DNA of 64,000 bases from Limibacillus sp. (GCA_037379885.1 JARRJC010000002.1:42454-106453), one strand, 5' to 3'; positions 9,913 through 20,009 are shown, counted from the first letter of the stretch. The notes: generated from the letters alone by a model not told the origin. Translations and numbers: made by a program.

Positions 9913-10782
9913 CTAGCTCCTGACCGGGAAGAGGCCGGCGGGGCGCAGCAGCAGCACCACGACCAGCAGCAGGTACATCAGGATGCCCGCGAATTCCGGG
10001 AAGAAGACCTGACCGAAGGTGAGCGTGGTGGCGATCAGGAGCGAACCCGCGAGCGCCCCGGTCAGGCTGCCGAGACCGCCCACCACCACCACGACCAGCG
10101 TCGGCACCAGGATCGAGACGCCCATGCCCGCCTCCGCCGAGAAGGCCGGCATCGCGACCGCGCCCGCCAGCCCGGCAAGCGCGCAGCCGATCAGGAAGAC
10201 CACGAAGAAGGTGCGCTCGACGTTGACGCCGAGACAGCTCGCCGTCTCCGCGTCGTCCACGCTGGCGCGCACCTCCGCGCCCAGGCGCGTGCGCTCCAGA
10301 AGGAAATAAAGCAGGCCGAAGACCGTCAGGCCCAGCAGGATGATGAAGATGCGGTAGGCCGGATAGGTCTGGCCCAGGATCTCAAGGGAGCCGGAGAAGG
10401 GATACTCCGTCACGCCGAGCTGGTCGGTGCCCCAGAAGTAGCGCTGCGCATCCATGATCACGAAGATCAGGCCGAAGGTGACAAGCACCTGCTTCATGGG
10501 TCCGGCCCGTCTCAAGCGGTCGATCAGCGTCACGTAGAGCAGGGCGCCCACCGCCATCACGAAGACCGGCGCGAGCAGGTAGGCCGCCCACATGCCGCCC
10601 AGCGTCTTGGCCAGGCTGTAGCCGCTGAGCGCGCCCAGGGCATAGAGCGATCCATGCGCCAGGTTGACGAAGTTCATCAGGCCGAAGATCACGGTGAGGC
10701 CCACCGAGAGCAGCAGCATCAGCATGGCGAGTTGAAGGCTGTTCAGTATCTGGACGATCCAGAAGCCGCCATCGTTCAGCAT
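9913..10782 (-). CDS. Branched-chain-amino-acid-type ABC permease, LivH type
   Basis: 289-aa polytopic membrane protein (MLNDGGFWIVQILNSLQLAMLMLLLSVGLTVIFGLMNFVNLAHG...). Confidence 0.9.
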   Translation of the reverse strand: MLNDGGFWIVQILNSLQLAMLMLLLSVGLTVIFGLMNFVNLAHGSLYALGALSGYSLAKTLGGMWAAYLLAPVFVMAVGALLYVTLIDRLRRAGPMKQVLVTFGLIFVIMDAQRYFWGTDQLGVTEYPFSGSLEILGQTYPAYRIFIILLGLTVFGLLYFLLERTRLGAEVRASVDDAETASCLGVNVERTFFVVFLIGCALAGLAGAVAMPAFSAEAGMGVSILVPTLVVVVVGGLGSLTGALAGSLLIATTLTFGQVFFPEFAGILMYLLLVVVLLLRPAGLFPVRS

Positions 10783-10894
10783 GCCTTTTCAAAGCCTCCT
10801 CAAAGGATGCAGTTCAGGGCTGGTGCGCGCCCCTCGCCGGGCGGCCCTGGAACAAGATCAAGGTCTCTTTGTGCTGCACTGGGTCCCGGCGGGT

Positions 10895-10924
10895 CCCGGC
10901 GGAGAGGCTCTACTCTCCGCCGGG
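10895..10924 (-). other. Intercistronic GC stem-loop between the binding-protein gene and the permease genes
   Basis: Perfect 12-bp inverted repeat cccggcggagag / ctctccgccggg with a 6-nt loop. No U-run follows on the transcribed strand. A direct repeat gggtcccggc x2 sits next to it at 10881..10900. Confidence 0.55.
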
Positions 10925-10965
10925 CCGGGTCTTGTAGTCTCAGGCTTTGTGCCCGGGACCTCTTC

Positions 10966-12141
10966 TTACATGACGCAACCGTTCGGCGCGTCCTGAACGT
11001 CTGGAACGGTCTCGAGGATGGTCTGCACGACCTTCCCGTCCTTCCACTCGTTCTTATAGATGTAGACGTTCTGGATCACGTTGTTGGTCGCCGGGTCGAT
11101 GCGCAGCGGACCGCGCGGACCGTTGAAGGAGACCTTGGAGAGCTCCGACTTGAACTTCTCCTTGTCGCCGCCGGCGGCCTTGGCCGCCTCGATCACCAGA
11201 CGCGCGGCGTCGTAGCCCGCGACCGCGAACTCGGAGGCGAGCTTGCCCTCGTACTTGGCCTGATAGGCCTCCTGGAAGGCTTTGTTCTCCGGCGTGTCGA
11301 TCGAGGGCACGTAGTGCAGCGCCACGGTGGTCCCGTCCGCCGCCTCGCCCTGCACGTGGACATAGGCCGCCGAGGTCAGGAAGCCCGACCCGTAGAGCGG
11401 GATCTCGTCGCCGATTCCGAAGTCCTTGTACTGCTTGACGAAGGTGATGGCCGCGCCGCCCGCGAAGAAGACGTAGATCGCATCGGGGTTGGCCGCCTTC
11501 GCCGCCGTCAGATAGGGACCGTAGTCGGTGGTGCCCTGAAGCGGGGGATAGGCCTCGCCCACGATCTCGCCGCCATTGGCGACGAAGCCCTCGCGGAACG
11601 CCTCCATCATCTGGTGGCCGGCCGCGTAGTCAGGCGCCATCAGATAGACCTTCTTGATGCCCTGAGCGGCCATCCAGGGGCCCATCGGGCGGTTGATCTG
11701 CGAGTTGGAGAAGGACACCCGGACGATCGAAGGGCTGCAGTCTTCGCCCGTGGCGTTGTCGTTGCCCGCGTTGGCCACGATCAGGGGCGTCTTGGACTGA
11801 TGCACGAAGTCGCGCAGCGCGCCCAGAACCGCCGAGGAGACGAGACCCACCAGCGCATCGGACTTGTCCTGCAAGACCATCTTCTTGGCCTTGGAGAGCG
11901 AGGAGGCCGGATCGGCCTCGGTATCCGCCTTGTCGACCACGATGGTGTCGCCGTCCAGCTCACCCGCGTAGTGCTCGAGGCCCAGGTTGAAGCCGTTTTC
12001 GATGTGGGTTCCAAGACCGGCGTAAACGCCGGAGAACGGCAGCAGGAGACCGATCTTGTACTCCTCCGCCTTTGCAAGCGCGCTTGAGGTCGCCAGACCC
12101 GCGATCACCGCCAGCGCCGTGCCCGTTTTCCTGAGATTCAC
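10966..12141 (-). CDS. ABC transporter periplasmic substrate-binding protein, Leu/Ile/Val-binding (LivK-like) family
   Basis: GTG start at 12141 with an AGGGAGGA SD 6 nt upstream. Signal peptide MNLRKTGTALAVIAGLATSSALA. The mature part reads KIGLLLPFSGVYAGLG..., typical of this family. Confidence 0.9.
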   Translation of the reverse strand: MNLRKTGTALAVIAGLATSSALAKAEEYKIGLLLPFSGVYAGLGTHIENGFNLGLEHYAGELDGDTIVVDKADTEADPASSLSKAKKMVLQDKSDALVGLVSSAVLGALRDFVHQSKTPLIVANAGNDNATGEDCSPSIVRVSFSNSQINRPMGPWMAAQGIKKVYLMAPDYAAGHQMMEAFREGFVANGGEIVGEAYPPLQGTTDYGPYLTAAKAANPDAIYVFFAGGAAITFVKQYKDFGIGDEIPLYGSGFLTSAAYVHVQGEAADGTTVALHYVPSIDTPENKAFQEAYQAKYEGKLASEFAVAGYDAARLVIEAAKAAGGDKEKFKSELSKVSFNGPRGPLRIDPATNNVIQNVYIYKNEWKDGKVVQTILETVPDVQDAPNGCVM

Positions 12142-12391
12142 TTATATCCTCCCTTGAATGCATTGGTCATTTTGCTTGACCCGCGTGACGGAAGGTCGCA
12201 TGTAGTTTGATGCATGTCAATAAGTTTGTATCGCAGAATAATGCATTATAGTGCAGAAAATGGGCGCTTTTGGGCGCTAAATCCCGCGAACCCCGATCCC
12301 GGCCTCCGCTGCGCGCTTTCCTTTGAGCCGGAGCGCGGCTTGCCTTATCTTCCGGCCTTCGGAGCGTTCCTGAAAGGGTGAATGAGAAGCA
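12142..12391. promoter_or_regulatory. AT-rich divergent control region with TGCA-containing palindromes
   Basis: TGCA occurs at 12159, 12211, 12242 and 12252. The last two form TGCA-N6-TGCA. A perfect 12-bp palindrome ATAATGCATTAT lies at 12239..12250. The region sits between divergent operons. Confidence 0.5.
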
Positions 12392-13249
12392 ATGGTGGCC
12401 TTTATGAGCCTGCCCGATGCGATCGGGAGTTTTTTGAAGGACGGAGACCGGGTCGCCTTTGAGGGGTTCTCCCATCTGATCCCGCACGCCGCCGCCCATG
12501 AGACCATCCGTCAGCGCAAGACCGACCTGACCCTGATCCGCATGACGCCGGACATGATCTACGACCAGCTGATCGGCATGGGCGCCGCCAGGAAGATGAT
12601 CTTCTCCTACGCCGGAAACCCGGGCGTCGGGCTGTTGCACCGCTTTCGCGACGCCGTGGAGCAGGGTTGGCCCCGCCCCCTGGAGCTGGAGGAGCATTCC
12701 CACTCCGCCATGGCGAACGCCTACGGCGCGGGCGCCGCCGGGCTTCCCTGCGCCGTCTTCCGCGGCTACATCGGGGCGGAGTTGAAGCGGGTCAATCCGA
12801 ACGTGCGCAGCATCACCTGCCCCTTCACGGGTGAGGAGCTGGCGGCCATCCCGGCGCTCAACCCGGATGTCGGCATCATCCACGCCCAGAAGGCCAACCG
12901 GCGCGGCGACGTGCTGATCGAGGGCATCATGGCCGCCCAGAAGGAAACCGTTCTGGCCTCCGCCAAGAGCATCGTCACGGTCGAGGAGATCGTCGAGGAC
13001 TTCGAGGGCCTGCACCCCAACCTCTGCATCCTGCCGCACTGGACCGTCGATGCGATCTGCCTCGTGCCGGGCGGGGCTCACCCCTCCTACGCGCAGGGCT
13101 ACTACGCGCGGGACAACGCCGCCTATCACCGCTGGGACGCCATCTCCAAGGATCGGGCGGCGTTCCAGGACTGGATGGAGGAGAACGTGCTCTCCGTCGG
13201 ACCCGAGGTCTTCGCCGAACGGACCGCGCCCTTGAAGGTGGGAGGCTGA
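12392..13249 (+). CDS. CoA-transferase subunit A (family I, glutaconate / 3-oxoacid CoA-transferase type)
   Basis: MVAFMSLPDAIGSFLKDGDRVAFEGFSHLIPHAAAHE... The start could instead be the ATG at 12404. Confidence 0.82.
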   Translation: MVAFMSLPDAIGSFLKDGDRVAFEGFSHLIPHAAAHETIRQRKTDLTLIRMTPDMIYDQLIGMGAARKMIFSYAGNPGVGLLHRFRDAVEQGWPRPLELEEHSHSAMANAYGAGAAGLPCAVFRGYIGAELKRVNPNVRSITCPFTGEELAAIPALNPDVGIIHAQKANRRGDVLIEGIMAAQKETVLASAKSIVTVEEIVEDFEGLHPNLCILPHWTVDAICLVPGGAHPSYAQGYYARDNAAYHRWDAISKDRAAFQDWMEENVLSVGPEVFAERTAPLKVGG

Positions 13250-13255
13250 CAGGAC

Positions 13256-14050
13256 ATGAACGCTTTCACCCCCGCCGATTTCACCCCCACCGAGATGATG
13301 ACCATCGCCGCGGCCCGCGCGCTGAAGAACGACGATGTCTGCTTCGTCGGTATCGGCGCGCCCTCGGCGGCCTGCAACCTTGCGCGCCTGACCCATGCGC
13401 CGGAGATCACGCTGATCTATGAGTCCGGGACCATCGGCACCAAGCCGCCGGTGCTGCCGCTGTCCATCGGCGACGGCGAGCTCTACGAGACCTCGGTCAC
13501 GACCGTCCCCATCGTGGAGATGTTCCGCTATTGGCTCCAGGGCGGGCGCATCAGCGTCGGCTTTCTGGGCGCCGCGCAGATCGACCGCTTCGCCAACATC
13601 AACACCACCGTGGTGGGCGGCTACGAGGACCCGAAGGTCCGGCTGCCGGGTGGCGGCGGCGCGCCGGAGATCGCCAGTTCCTGCCATGAGATCTTCATCA
13701 CCATGAAGCAGTCCAAGCGCGGCTTCGTCGAAAAGCTGGACTTCGTGACCTCCCTGGGCCACGGCGCGGGCGGCAAGGAGCGCGAAGAGCGATATGGCCT
13801 GAAGACCAAAGGCCCAACGCGCCTGATCACCGATCTGGCGATCTGGACACCTCATCCGGAGACCAAGGAGATGGAGGTGGCCTCGCTGCATCCGGGCGTC
13901 ACGCGGGACGCCGTCCAGGAAAGCGTCAGCTGGCCGGTCCGCTATGCGGACGCGCTGAAGGAGACGCCGCCACCGACGGAAGAGGAGATTACCGTTCTGC
14001 GCGATCTGCAGGCGCGCACCAAGGCCGCGCACGAACGCGGCGCGAGGTAG
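13256..14050 (+). CDS. CoA-transferase subunit B
   Basis: MNAFTPADFTPTEMMTIAAARALKNDDVCFVGIGAPSAACNLARL... Starts 6 nt after subunit A. Confidence 0.82.
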   Translation: MNAFTPADFTPTEMMTIAAARALKNDDVCFVGIGAPSAACNLARLTHAPEITLIYESGTIGTKPPVLPLSIGDGELYETSVTTVPIVEMFRYWLQGGRISVGFLGAAQIDRFANINTTVVGGYEDPKVRLPGGGGAPEIASSCHEIFITMKQSKRGFVEKLDFVTSLGHGAGGKEREERYGLKTKGPTRLITDLAIWTPHPETKEMEVASLHPGVTRDAVQESVSWPVRYADALKETPPPTEEEITVLRDLQARTKAAHERGAR

Positions 14051-14062
14051 GAAGGAACCGCC

Positions 14063-15268
14063 ATGACCGAAGCCTACATCTGCGACTATGTGCGCACGCC
14101 CATCGGGCGCTTCGCCGGCGCGCTCTCCTCGGTTCGCACCGACGATCTCGGCGCGGTGCCGATAAAGGCGCTGATGCAGCGCCACCCCAGGCTCGACTGG
14201 GAAGCGCTGGACGAGGTGATCTACGGCTGCGCCAACCAGGCCGGGGAGGACAACCGAAACGTGGCGCGCATGTCCCTGCTTCTGGCCGGGCTGCCGCAGC
14301 GGGTCGGCGGCTCCACCGTCAACCGGCTCTGCGGCTCGGGGATGGACGCGCTGATCGGCGCGGCGCGCGCGGTGCGCCTGGGCGAGGCCGACCTGATCAT
14401 CGCGGGCGGCGTTGAGTCCATGTCGCGCGCGCCCTTCGTCATGGCAAAGGCCGAGAGCGCCTTTTCGCGCAGCGCGGCGATCGAGGACAGCACCATCGGC
14501 TGGCGTTTCATCAACCCGCTCATGAAGCAACTCTACGGCGTCGATTCCATGCCGGAGACGGCGGAGAACGTGGCCGAAGACTTCGAGGTCGCCCGCGCCG
14601 ACCAGGACGCCTTTGCTCTGCGCAGCCAGCAGCGGGCCGCCGCCGCGATGGAAGCGGGCCGGCTGGCCGAGGAGATCGTCCCCGTCACCATCCCCCAGCG
14701 CAAAGGCGAGCCGCTGTTGGTCGAACGCGACGAACACCCGCGCCCCGGCACCACGGCCGAACAGCTCGCCAAGCTGCCCGCCCCTTTCCGCGAGGGCGGC
14801 AGCGTGACGGCGGGCAACGCCTCGGGCGTGAACGATGGGGCGGCGGCGCTTCTGATCGCTTCGGAAGCGGCGGTCGGGCGATTTGGGCTGACGCCCATCG
14901 CGAAGGTGACCGGCGGCGCCTCGGCGGGCGTCGCGCCCCGCGTGATGGGCATCGGACCGGTGCCCGCGACCCTGAAGCTCACCCAGCGCCTCGGCATCGC
15001 GCCGGGCGACTTCGATGTGATCGAGCTGAACGAGGCCTTCGCCGCCCAGGCGCTGGCCTGCCTGCGGGAGCTGGGCATCGCCGACGACGCCGAACAGGTG
15101 AACCCGAACGGCGGGGCCATCGCGCTGGGGCATCCCCTGGGCGCTTCCGGTGCGCGCATCGCCGGGACGGCGGCGCTGGAGTTGAAGCGGCGCGGCGGGC
15201 GGCGCGCGCTGGCCACCATGTGCGTGGGCGTCGGCCAGGGAATCGCCGTGGCGCTGGAACAGGCGTAA
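14063..15268 (+). CDS. 3-oxoadipyl-CoA / acetyl-CoA C-acyltransferase (thiolase, PcaF/PaaJ-like)
   Basis: MTEAYICDYVRTPIGRFAGALSSVRTDDLGA...NRLCGSGMDA (active-site Cys)...NPNGGAIALGHPLGASG...CVGVGQG. 401 aa. Confidence 0.92.
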   Translation: MTEAYICDYVRTPIGRFAGALSSVRTDDLGAVPIKALMQRHPRLDWEALDEVIYGCANQAGEDNRNVARMSLLLAGLPQRVGGSTVNRLCGSGMDALIGAARAVRLGEADLIIAGGVESMSRAPFVMAKAESAFSRSAAIEDSTIGWRFINPLMKQLYGVDSMPETAENVAEDFEVARADQDAFALRSQQRAAAAMEAGRLAEEIVPVTIPQRKGEPLLVERDEHPRPGTTAEQLAKLPAPFREGGSVTAGNASGVNDGAAALLIASEAAVGRFGLTPIAKVTGGASAGVAPRVMGIGPVPATLKLTQRLGIAPGDFDVIELNEAFAAQALACLRELGIADDAEQVNPNGGAIALGHPLGASGARIAGTAALELKRRGGRRALATMCVGVGQGIAVALEQA

Positions 15269-15364
15269 ATAGCGCCGAAAGCATTGCTTCTCCTCTGGCG
15301 ATTACTTGCCAATGCTTTCATACTCCCGAGGGAACGGGTGAGACCTTGAGAGGGAGCAGGCCAC

Positions 15365-16504
15365 GTGATCAGTATTACCGGCTGGACCAAAAGCACTCCG
15401 GCGTTGCTTTTGGGACTCCTGCTCCCTTTGCTTGCCGCTTGCGATCAGGATAGCGGACAGGGCGCGCAAAGCGCTGGCGCGCCGCCGCCCGCCGTGGTGG
15501 TCTCCCCCGTCACCCAGCGCGAGGTTTCCCGCTCTCTGGAGTTCGTCGGTCGCAGCGTCGCCTTCCAGCGGGTCGACATCCGCGCCCGCGTGACCGGGTT
15601 CCTGGAAGAACGCCCCTTCAAGGAGGGCGCGAAGGTCGAGACGGGCGATCTGCTCTACAGCATCCAGCGCGAAGAATTCGAGGCCGCGGTCTCCGCCGCC
15701 GAGGCCCAGGTCGCGCGCGCCGAAGCGGCCCTGGTAGAAGCGGAACGCTCGCTTGAGCGCTCGCGCGTCCTGGCCGAGCGGCAGACCGTCAGCCAGGCCG
15801 CCCTGGACGAGGCCGTCGCCAAGGAGGCCGGGGCGCGCGCCGATCTGCAAAGCGCCCAGGCCGTCCTCAAGAACGCTGTGATCGACCTCGGCTACACCCG
15901 CATAGCCGCGCCCATCGCCGGGCGTATCGGCAGCACGGCGCTCGACAGCGGCAACCTGATCGGGCCGGACAGCGGCGTGCTCGCCACCATCGTCGCCACC
16001 GATCCCATCGAGGTGCGCTTCGCCCTCACCGAGGCGGAGATGCTGAACTACAAGAAGCGCCAGGCGGACGGGACATCCCGCGCCTACACGCCGCGCCTGC
16101 GGCTGGTGAACGGCGAACTTCTGGAGGGCGAAGGCGAGCTCGCCTATCTCGACAACGAGGTCGACCCGACCACCGGCACGGCGGCCATCTTCCTGCACTT
16201 CCCCAACCCCGCCGAACTGGTCCTGCCCGGCCAATTCGTCACGGTCTTGCTGATCAGCGTGGAGCCGGAGCAGTAGGTGGTGGTGCCGCAGTCGGCGGTG
16301 CAGACCAATCAGGCCGGGCCCTTCGTTCTGGTTGTGGACGGCGAGAACCGGGTCGAGGCGCGGCCCGTCGGACTGGGCGAGCGCTCGGGCATCGACGTGG
16401 TGGTGGAAAGCGGTCTTGAGCCAGGCGAGTCCATCGTCATTGAAGGCATTCAGAAGGTGCGGCCGGGCGCGCAGGTGACACCGACCCAGGCCTCCGGTTC
16501 CTGA
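15365..16504 (+). pseudogene. RND efflux periplasmic adaptor (AcrA/MexA family) interrupted by an in-frame TAG at 16274..16276
   Basis: GTG start and lipobox LLAAC. ORFs 15365..16276 and 16277..16504 share one frame. The junction reads ...LLISVEPEQ*VVVPQSAVQTNQAGPFVLVV..., spanning the conserved (L/V)VPxxAV segment of adaptors. Confidence 0.8.
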
Positions 16505-16505
16505 C

Positions 16506-19500
16506 ATGATCAGCGGCTTTTTCATCGACCGCCCGAAGTTCGCCTTCGTCATCGCCATCGTCACGGTGCTGGCCGGTCTGCTGGCCATGACGCGCCTGCC
16601 GATCGCGGAGTTCCCGGAGATCACGCCGCCGCAAGTGCAGGTGACCACCAGCTACCCCGGCGCCAACGCCCAGACCGTGGAGGAGACGGTGGCCGCCGTG
16701 ATCGAGGCGGAGGTCAACGGGGTCGAGGACATGATCTACATGTCCTCCAAGAGCGCCAACGACGGCAGCTATTCCCTGGCCGTGACCTTCTCGGTCGGCA
16801 CCGACAGCGATCAGGCGCAGATCAACGTTCAGAACCGCGTGGCGCTGGCCACGCCGCGCCTGCCCCAAGAGGTGGCCCGACAGGGCGTAACGGTGAACAA
16901 GCAGTCCACCTCCATGCTGATGGTGATCTCCGTCTTCTCGCCGGACAACGCCTTCGACGACATCTTCCTGTCCAACTACAGCTCGATCAATCTGCGCGAC
17001 GCGCTGGCCCGCGTGCCGGGCGTTTCCGACGTGGCGATCCTGGGCGAGCGCGCCTATGGCATGCGCATCTGGCTCGACCCGCAGCGCCTTTCCTCCTTCG
17101 GGCTGATGGCGAGCGACGTGATCGCCGTGATCCGCGAGCAGAACCTGCAGGTGGCCGCCGGCAGCGTCGGCGAAGCGCCCGCGCCCCCCGACACCCAGTT
17201 CCAGTATTCGATCCAGGCGCAAGGGCGCCTGACGGAAATCTCGGAGTTCGAGAACATCATTCTGCGGGCGCGCTCCGATGGATCCATCGTGCGGCTTTCG
17301 GACGTGGCGCGGGTCGAGCTGGGGGCGCAGAACTACGGCTGGTTCGGCGAGCTGAACGGCGCGCCCGCCTCGATCCTGGCGATCTATCAGCTGCCCGACG
17401 CCAACGCGCTCGACGTCGCCGACGGGGTGACGGCGGAGATGGAGCGGCTGTCGGAGCGCTTCCCGCAGGGCCTGGAGTATCAGGTCACCTACGACACCAC
17501 GGACTATGTGCGCACCTCCATGCGCGAGGTGATGATCACCCTGTTCCAGGCCCTGGCGCTGGTCATCCTGGTGGTCTTCATCTTCCTTCAGGACTGGCGC
17601 TCGACCCTGGTGCCGACCATCGCGATCCCGGTGTCCCTGATCGGCACCATGGCGGCGCTTCTGGCGCTCGGCTACTCGATCAACACCGTCAGTCTCTTCG
17701 GCCTGATCCTGGCGATCGGCGTGGTGGTGGACGACGCCATCGTGGTGGTCGAGAACGTGCAGCGCCACATGGCCGACGGGCTCACCCCGCGCGAGGCGAC
17801 CTGGACCGCCATGAAGGAGGTGACGGGACCGGTCGTGGCCACGACCCTGGTGCTGCTCGCGGTCTTCGTGCCGGTCGGCTTCACGCCCGGCCTGACAGGC
17901 GAGCTTTATAAGCAGTTCGCGGTCACCATCTCGGTGGCGGTCGCCATCTCCTCGATCAACGCGCTGACCTTGAGTCCGGCGCTCTGCGCCTCCTTCCTGA
18001 AGCCGCCCAAGACGGTGCAGCGCGGCCCGCTCGCCTGGTTCGAGAAGGTGATCGGCGTTTCGCGCAACGGCTACGGCAAGGTCGTGGGACTGATGATCCG
18101 GCGGGTCTTCATCTCCCTGGTCGCGTTCGTCGCGATCCTGTTCGGGGCGGGCAAGCTGATGACCGAGCTGCCCACGGGCTTCGTCCCCTCCGAGGACCGG
18201 GGCGCCTTCTTCGTCGATATGCGCCTGCAGGACGCCGCCTCGCTCCAGCGTACGGCGGCGGTGATGAGCGAGGTGGAGACCATCCTGATGGAGACCGAGG
18301 GCGTGGAGGCGGTCATGTCGATCGGCGGCTACTCACTGCTCGCCGGATCGGTGCTGCCCAACTCGGCCTTCCTGATCGCCAAGCTGGAGGACTGGTCGGA
18401 GCGCGAGGACCCCTCGCTGCACGTCAACGCGATCCTGGCCAAGGTGCGCGGACAGCTCTTCGCCATTCCGGAGGCCACCATCCTGCCCTTCAACCCGCCG
18501 CCGATTCCGGGGCTGGGTTCGACCGGCGGATTCGAGTTCATCCTGCAGGACACCGAGGGACGGTCGCCGGGCGAGCTGGCCCAGGCCATGGGCGGCCTGA
18601 TCATCGGCGCCAACTCCGCGCCGGAGACCAGCTCGGTCTTCTCGACCTTCCGGGCCAACGTGCCGCAGCTTCAGCTTGAGTTCGACCGGGAGCGCATCAA
18701 GACCAGCGGCGTCTCCCTGGACGCGCTGTTCCAGACGCTATCGGCCAACCTCAGCCCCTTCTACGTCAACGACTTCAACAAGTTCGGGCGGGTCTACCGG
18801 GTCATGTTGCAGGCCGAACAGGGCGCGCGCGCGACGGCCGAGGACATCGGCGCTCTCTATGTGCGCAACGAGAGCGGAGAGATGGTGCCGCTGCGCGCGC
18901 TGCTCTCGGTCGAACCGACGCTCGGGCCCGAACGGATCGAGCGCTACAACCTCTTCCGCTCGGCCACGATCAACGGCGACACGGCGCCCGGATATGCCTC
19001 CGGCCAGTCGCTCGCGGCCATGGAGCGCGTGGCGGGCGAGACCCTGCCGGAAGGCTTCGTCTACGAGTGGACCGGCATGGCGTTCCAGGAGATCGCGGCG
19101 GGCGAAGCGGGAAGCTTCATCCTGTTGCTGTCGGTGATCTTCGCCTACCTCTTCCTGGTCGCGCAGTACGAGAGCTGGACCGTGCCCTTCCCGGTCATGC
19201 TCTCCATCGGCGTGGCGATCTTCGGCGCGGCGGCGCTGTTGCTGGGCCGCGGCATCGCGCTCGACACCTACGCGCAGGTCGGGCTGGTGCTATTGATAGG
19301 CTTGGCGGCCAAGAACGCGATCCTGATCGTGGAGTTCGCCAAGCAGCTGCGCGAGGAGGGAAAGCCGCTCGGCGAGGCGGCGCTGGAAGCGGCGACCCTG
19401 CGCTTCCGCGCGGTGCTGATGACGGCCTTTTCCTTCATCCTGGGCGTGCTGCCGCTGGTCTTCGCCAGCGGCGCGGGCTCGGCGGCGCGTCAGTCGGTCG

Positions 19501-19670
19501 GCACCACGGTGATGGGCGGCATGCTGGGCGCGACCTTCGTCGGGATCTTCTTCATCCCGATGCTCTACGTCGCCTTCCAGGGTCTGCGCGAAAAGGTCAA
19601 GGGAACCGGCAAGGCGGCCCCTGCACCTACTGCTCCCCCAGTCCCGGCGGAAGGCGAAAGCGGCGGCTGA
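16506..19670 (+). CDS. RND multidrug efflux permease (AcrB/MexB, HAE1 family)
   Basis: 1054 aa, [48 protein letters not shown]... The ATG lies 1 nt after the adaptor stop. Confidence 0.95.
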   Translation: MISGFFIDRPKFAFVIAIVTVLAGLLAMTRLPIAEFPEITPPQVQVTTSYPGANAQTVEETVAAVIEAEVNGVEDMIYMSSKSANDGSYSLAVTFSVGTDSDQAQINVQNRVALATPRLPQEVARQGVTVNKQSTSMLMVISVFSPDNAFDDIFLSNYSSINLRDALARVPGVSDVAILGERAYGMRIWLDPQRLSSFGLMASDVIAVIREQNLQVAAGSVGEAPAPPDTQFQYSIQAQGRLTEISEFENIILRARSDGSIVRLSDVARVELGAQNYGWFGELNGAPASILAIYQLPDANALDVADGVTAEMERLSERFPQGLEYQVTYDTTDYVRTSMREVMITLFQALALVILVVFIFLQDWRSTLVPTIAIPVSLIGTMAALLALGYSINTVSLFGLILAIGVVVDDAIVVVENVQRHMADGLTPREATWTAMKEVTGPVVATTLVLLAVFVPVGFTPGLTGELYKQFAVTISVAVAISSINALTLSPALCASFLKPPKTVQRGPLAWFEKVIGVSRNGYGKVVGLMIRRVFISLVAFVAILFGAGKLMTELPTGFVPSEDRGAFFVDMRLQDAASLQRTAAVMSEVETILMETEGVEAVMSIGGYSLLAGSVLPNSAFLIAKLEDWSEREDPSLHVNAILAKVRGQLFAIPEATILPFNPPPIPGLGSTGGFEFILQDTEGRSPGELAQAMGGLIIGANSAPETSSVFSTFRANVPQLQLEFDRERIKTSGVSLDALFQTLSANLSPFYVNDFNKFGRVYRVMLQAEQGARATAEDIGALYVRNESGEMVPLRALLSVEPTLGPERIERYNLFRSATINGDTAPGYASGQSLAAMERVAGETLPEGFVYEWTGMAFQEIAAGEAGSFILLLSVIFAYLFLVAQYESWTVPFPVMLSIGVAIFGAAALLLGRGIALDTYAQVGLVLLIGLAAKNAILIVEFAKQLREEGKPLGEAALEAATLRFRAVLMTAFSFILGVLPLVFASGAGSAARQSVGTTVMGGMLGATFVGIFFIPMLYVAFQGLREKVKGTGKAAPAPTAPPVPAEGESGG

Positions 19671-19686
19671 GGCGGCGCGCCTCAGC
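19666..19686. terminator. Short GC hairpin spanning two convergent stop codons
   Basis: gctgaggcg-gcg-cgcctcagc, a 9-bp stem with a 3-nt loop. It overlaps the stop of the RND gene (+) and the stop of the 62-aa ORF (-). There are no U-runs. Confidence 0.3.
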
Positions 19687-19870
19687 GCAGGCCCCGCTCC
19701 AGCCCTTCCTCTTCGGTCAGGTGGTTCTGGCTCTCCTCGCAGAGCGCCTTCAGGCCGTGGTCCCCAAAGGCGATGGCGATGGCACCGCAGACCAGCGAGA
19801 TGGCCTGTTCCTGCGGCACCTTGACCAGGGAGGCGGCCAGGCGGCGTTCGGCGTTTTCCAGTTCGGACAT
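19682..19870 (-). CDS. Hypothetical 62-aa protein
   Basis: MSELENAERRLAASLVKVPQEQAISLVCGAIAIAFGDHGLKALCEESQNHLTEEEGLERGLR. GGAGAGGAGA SD 6 nt upstream of the ATG. I recognise no family. Confidence 0.5.
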   Translation of the reverse strand: MSELENAERRLAASLVKVPQEQAISLVCGAIAIAFGDHGLKALCEESQNHLTEEEGLERGLR

Positions 19871-20009
19871 GGGGTGTCTCCTCTCCAGGCTCTTTGAAAG
19901 CCATTGCTCCAGACCCCGAGACTAGCAACGGGCGGGCGCCCCGGACCTTGATCCACCTCAATCAACCGGCCCCGAGCGGCGCGGAAACGAAAGCAGAGCT
20001 GCGGGGAGA

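Noticed and set aside
9217-12087. 956-aa plus-strand ORF over the ABC permease and binding-protein genes.
   Set aside because: It is antisense to well-conserved Liv-type genes. The composition is dominated by runs of His, Asp, Arg, Glu and Gln. No recognisable domain is present.
12167-15133. 988-aa minus-strand ORF over the CoA-transferase and thiolase genes.
   Set aside because: It is antisense to three conserved enzymes, and its 3' end runs through the AT-rich promoter region. The composition is that of a shadow ORF.
16277-16504. The 75-aa ORF as an independent gene.
   Set aside because: It is in frame with, and directly continues, the adaptor protein across a single TAG. It corresponds to the adaptor C-terminus and is not a separate family.
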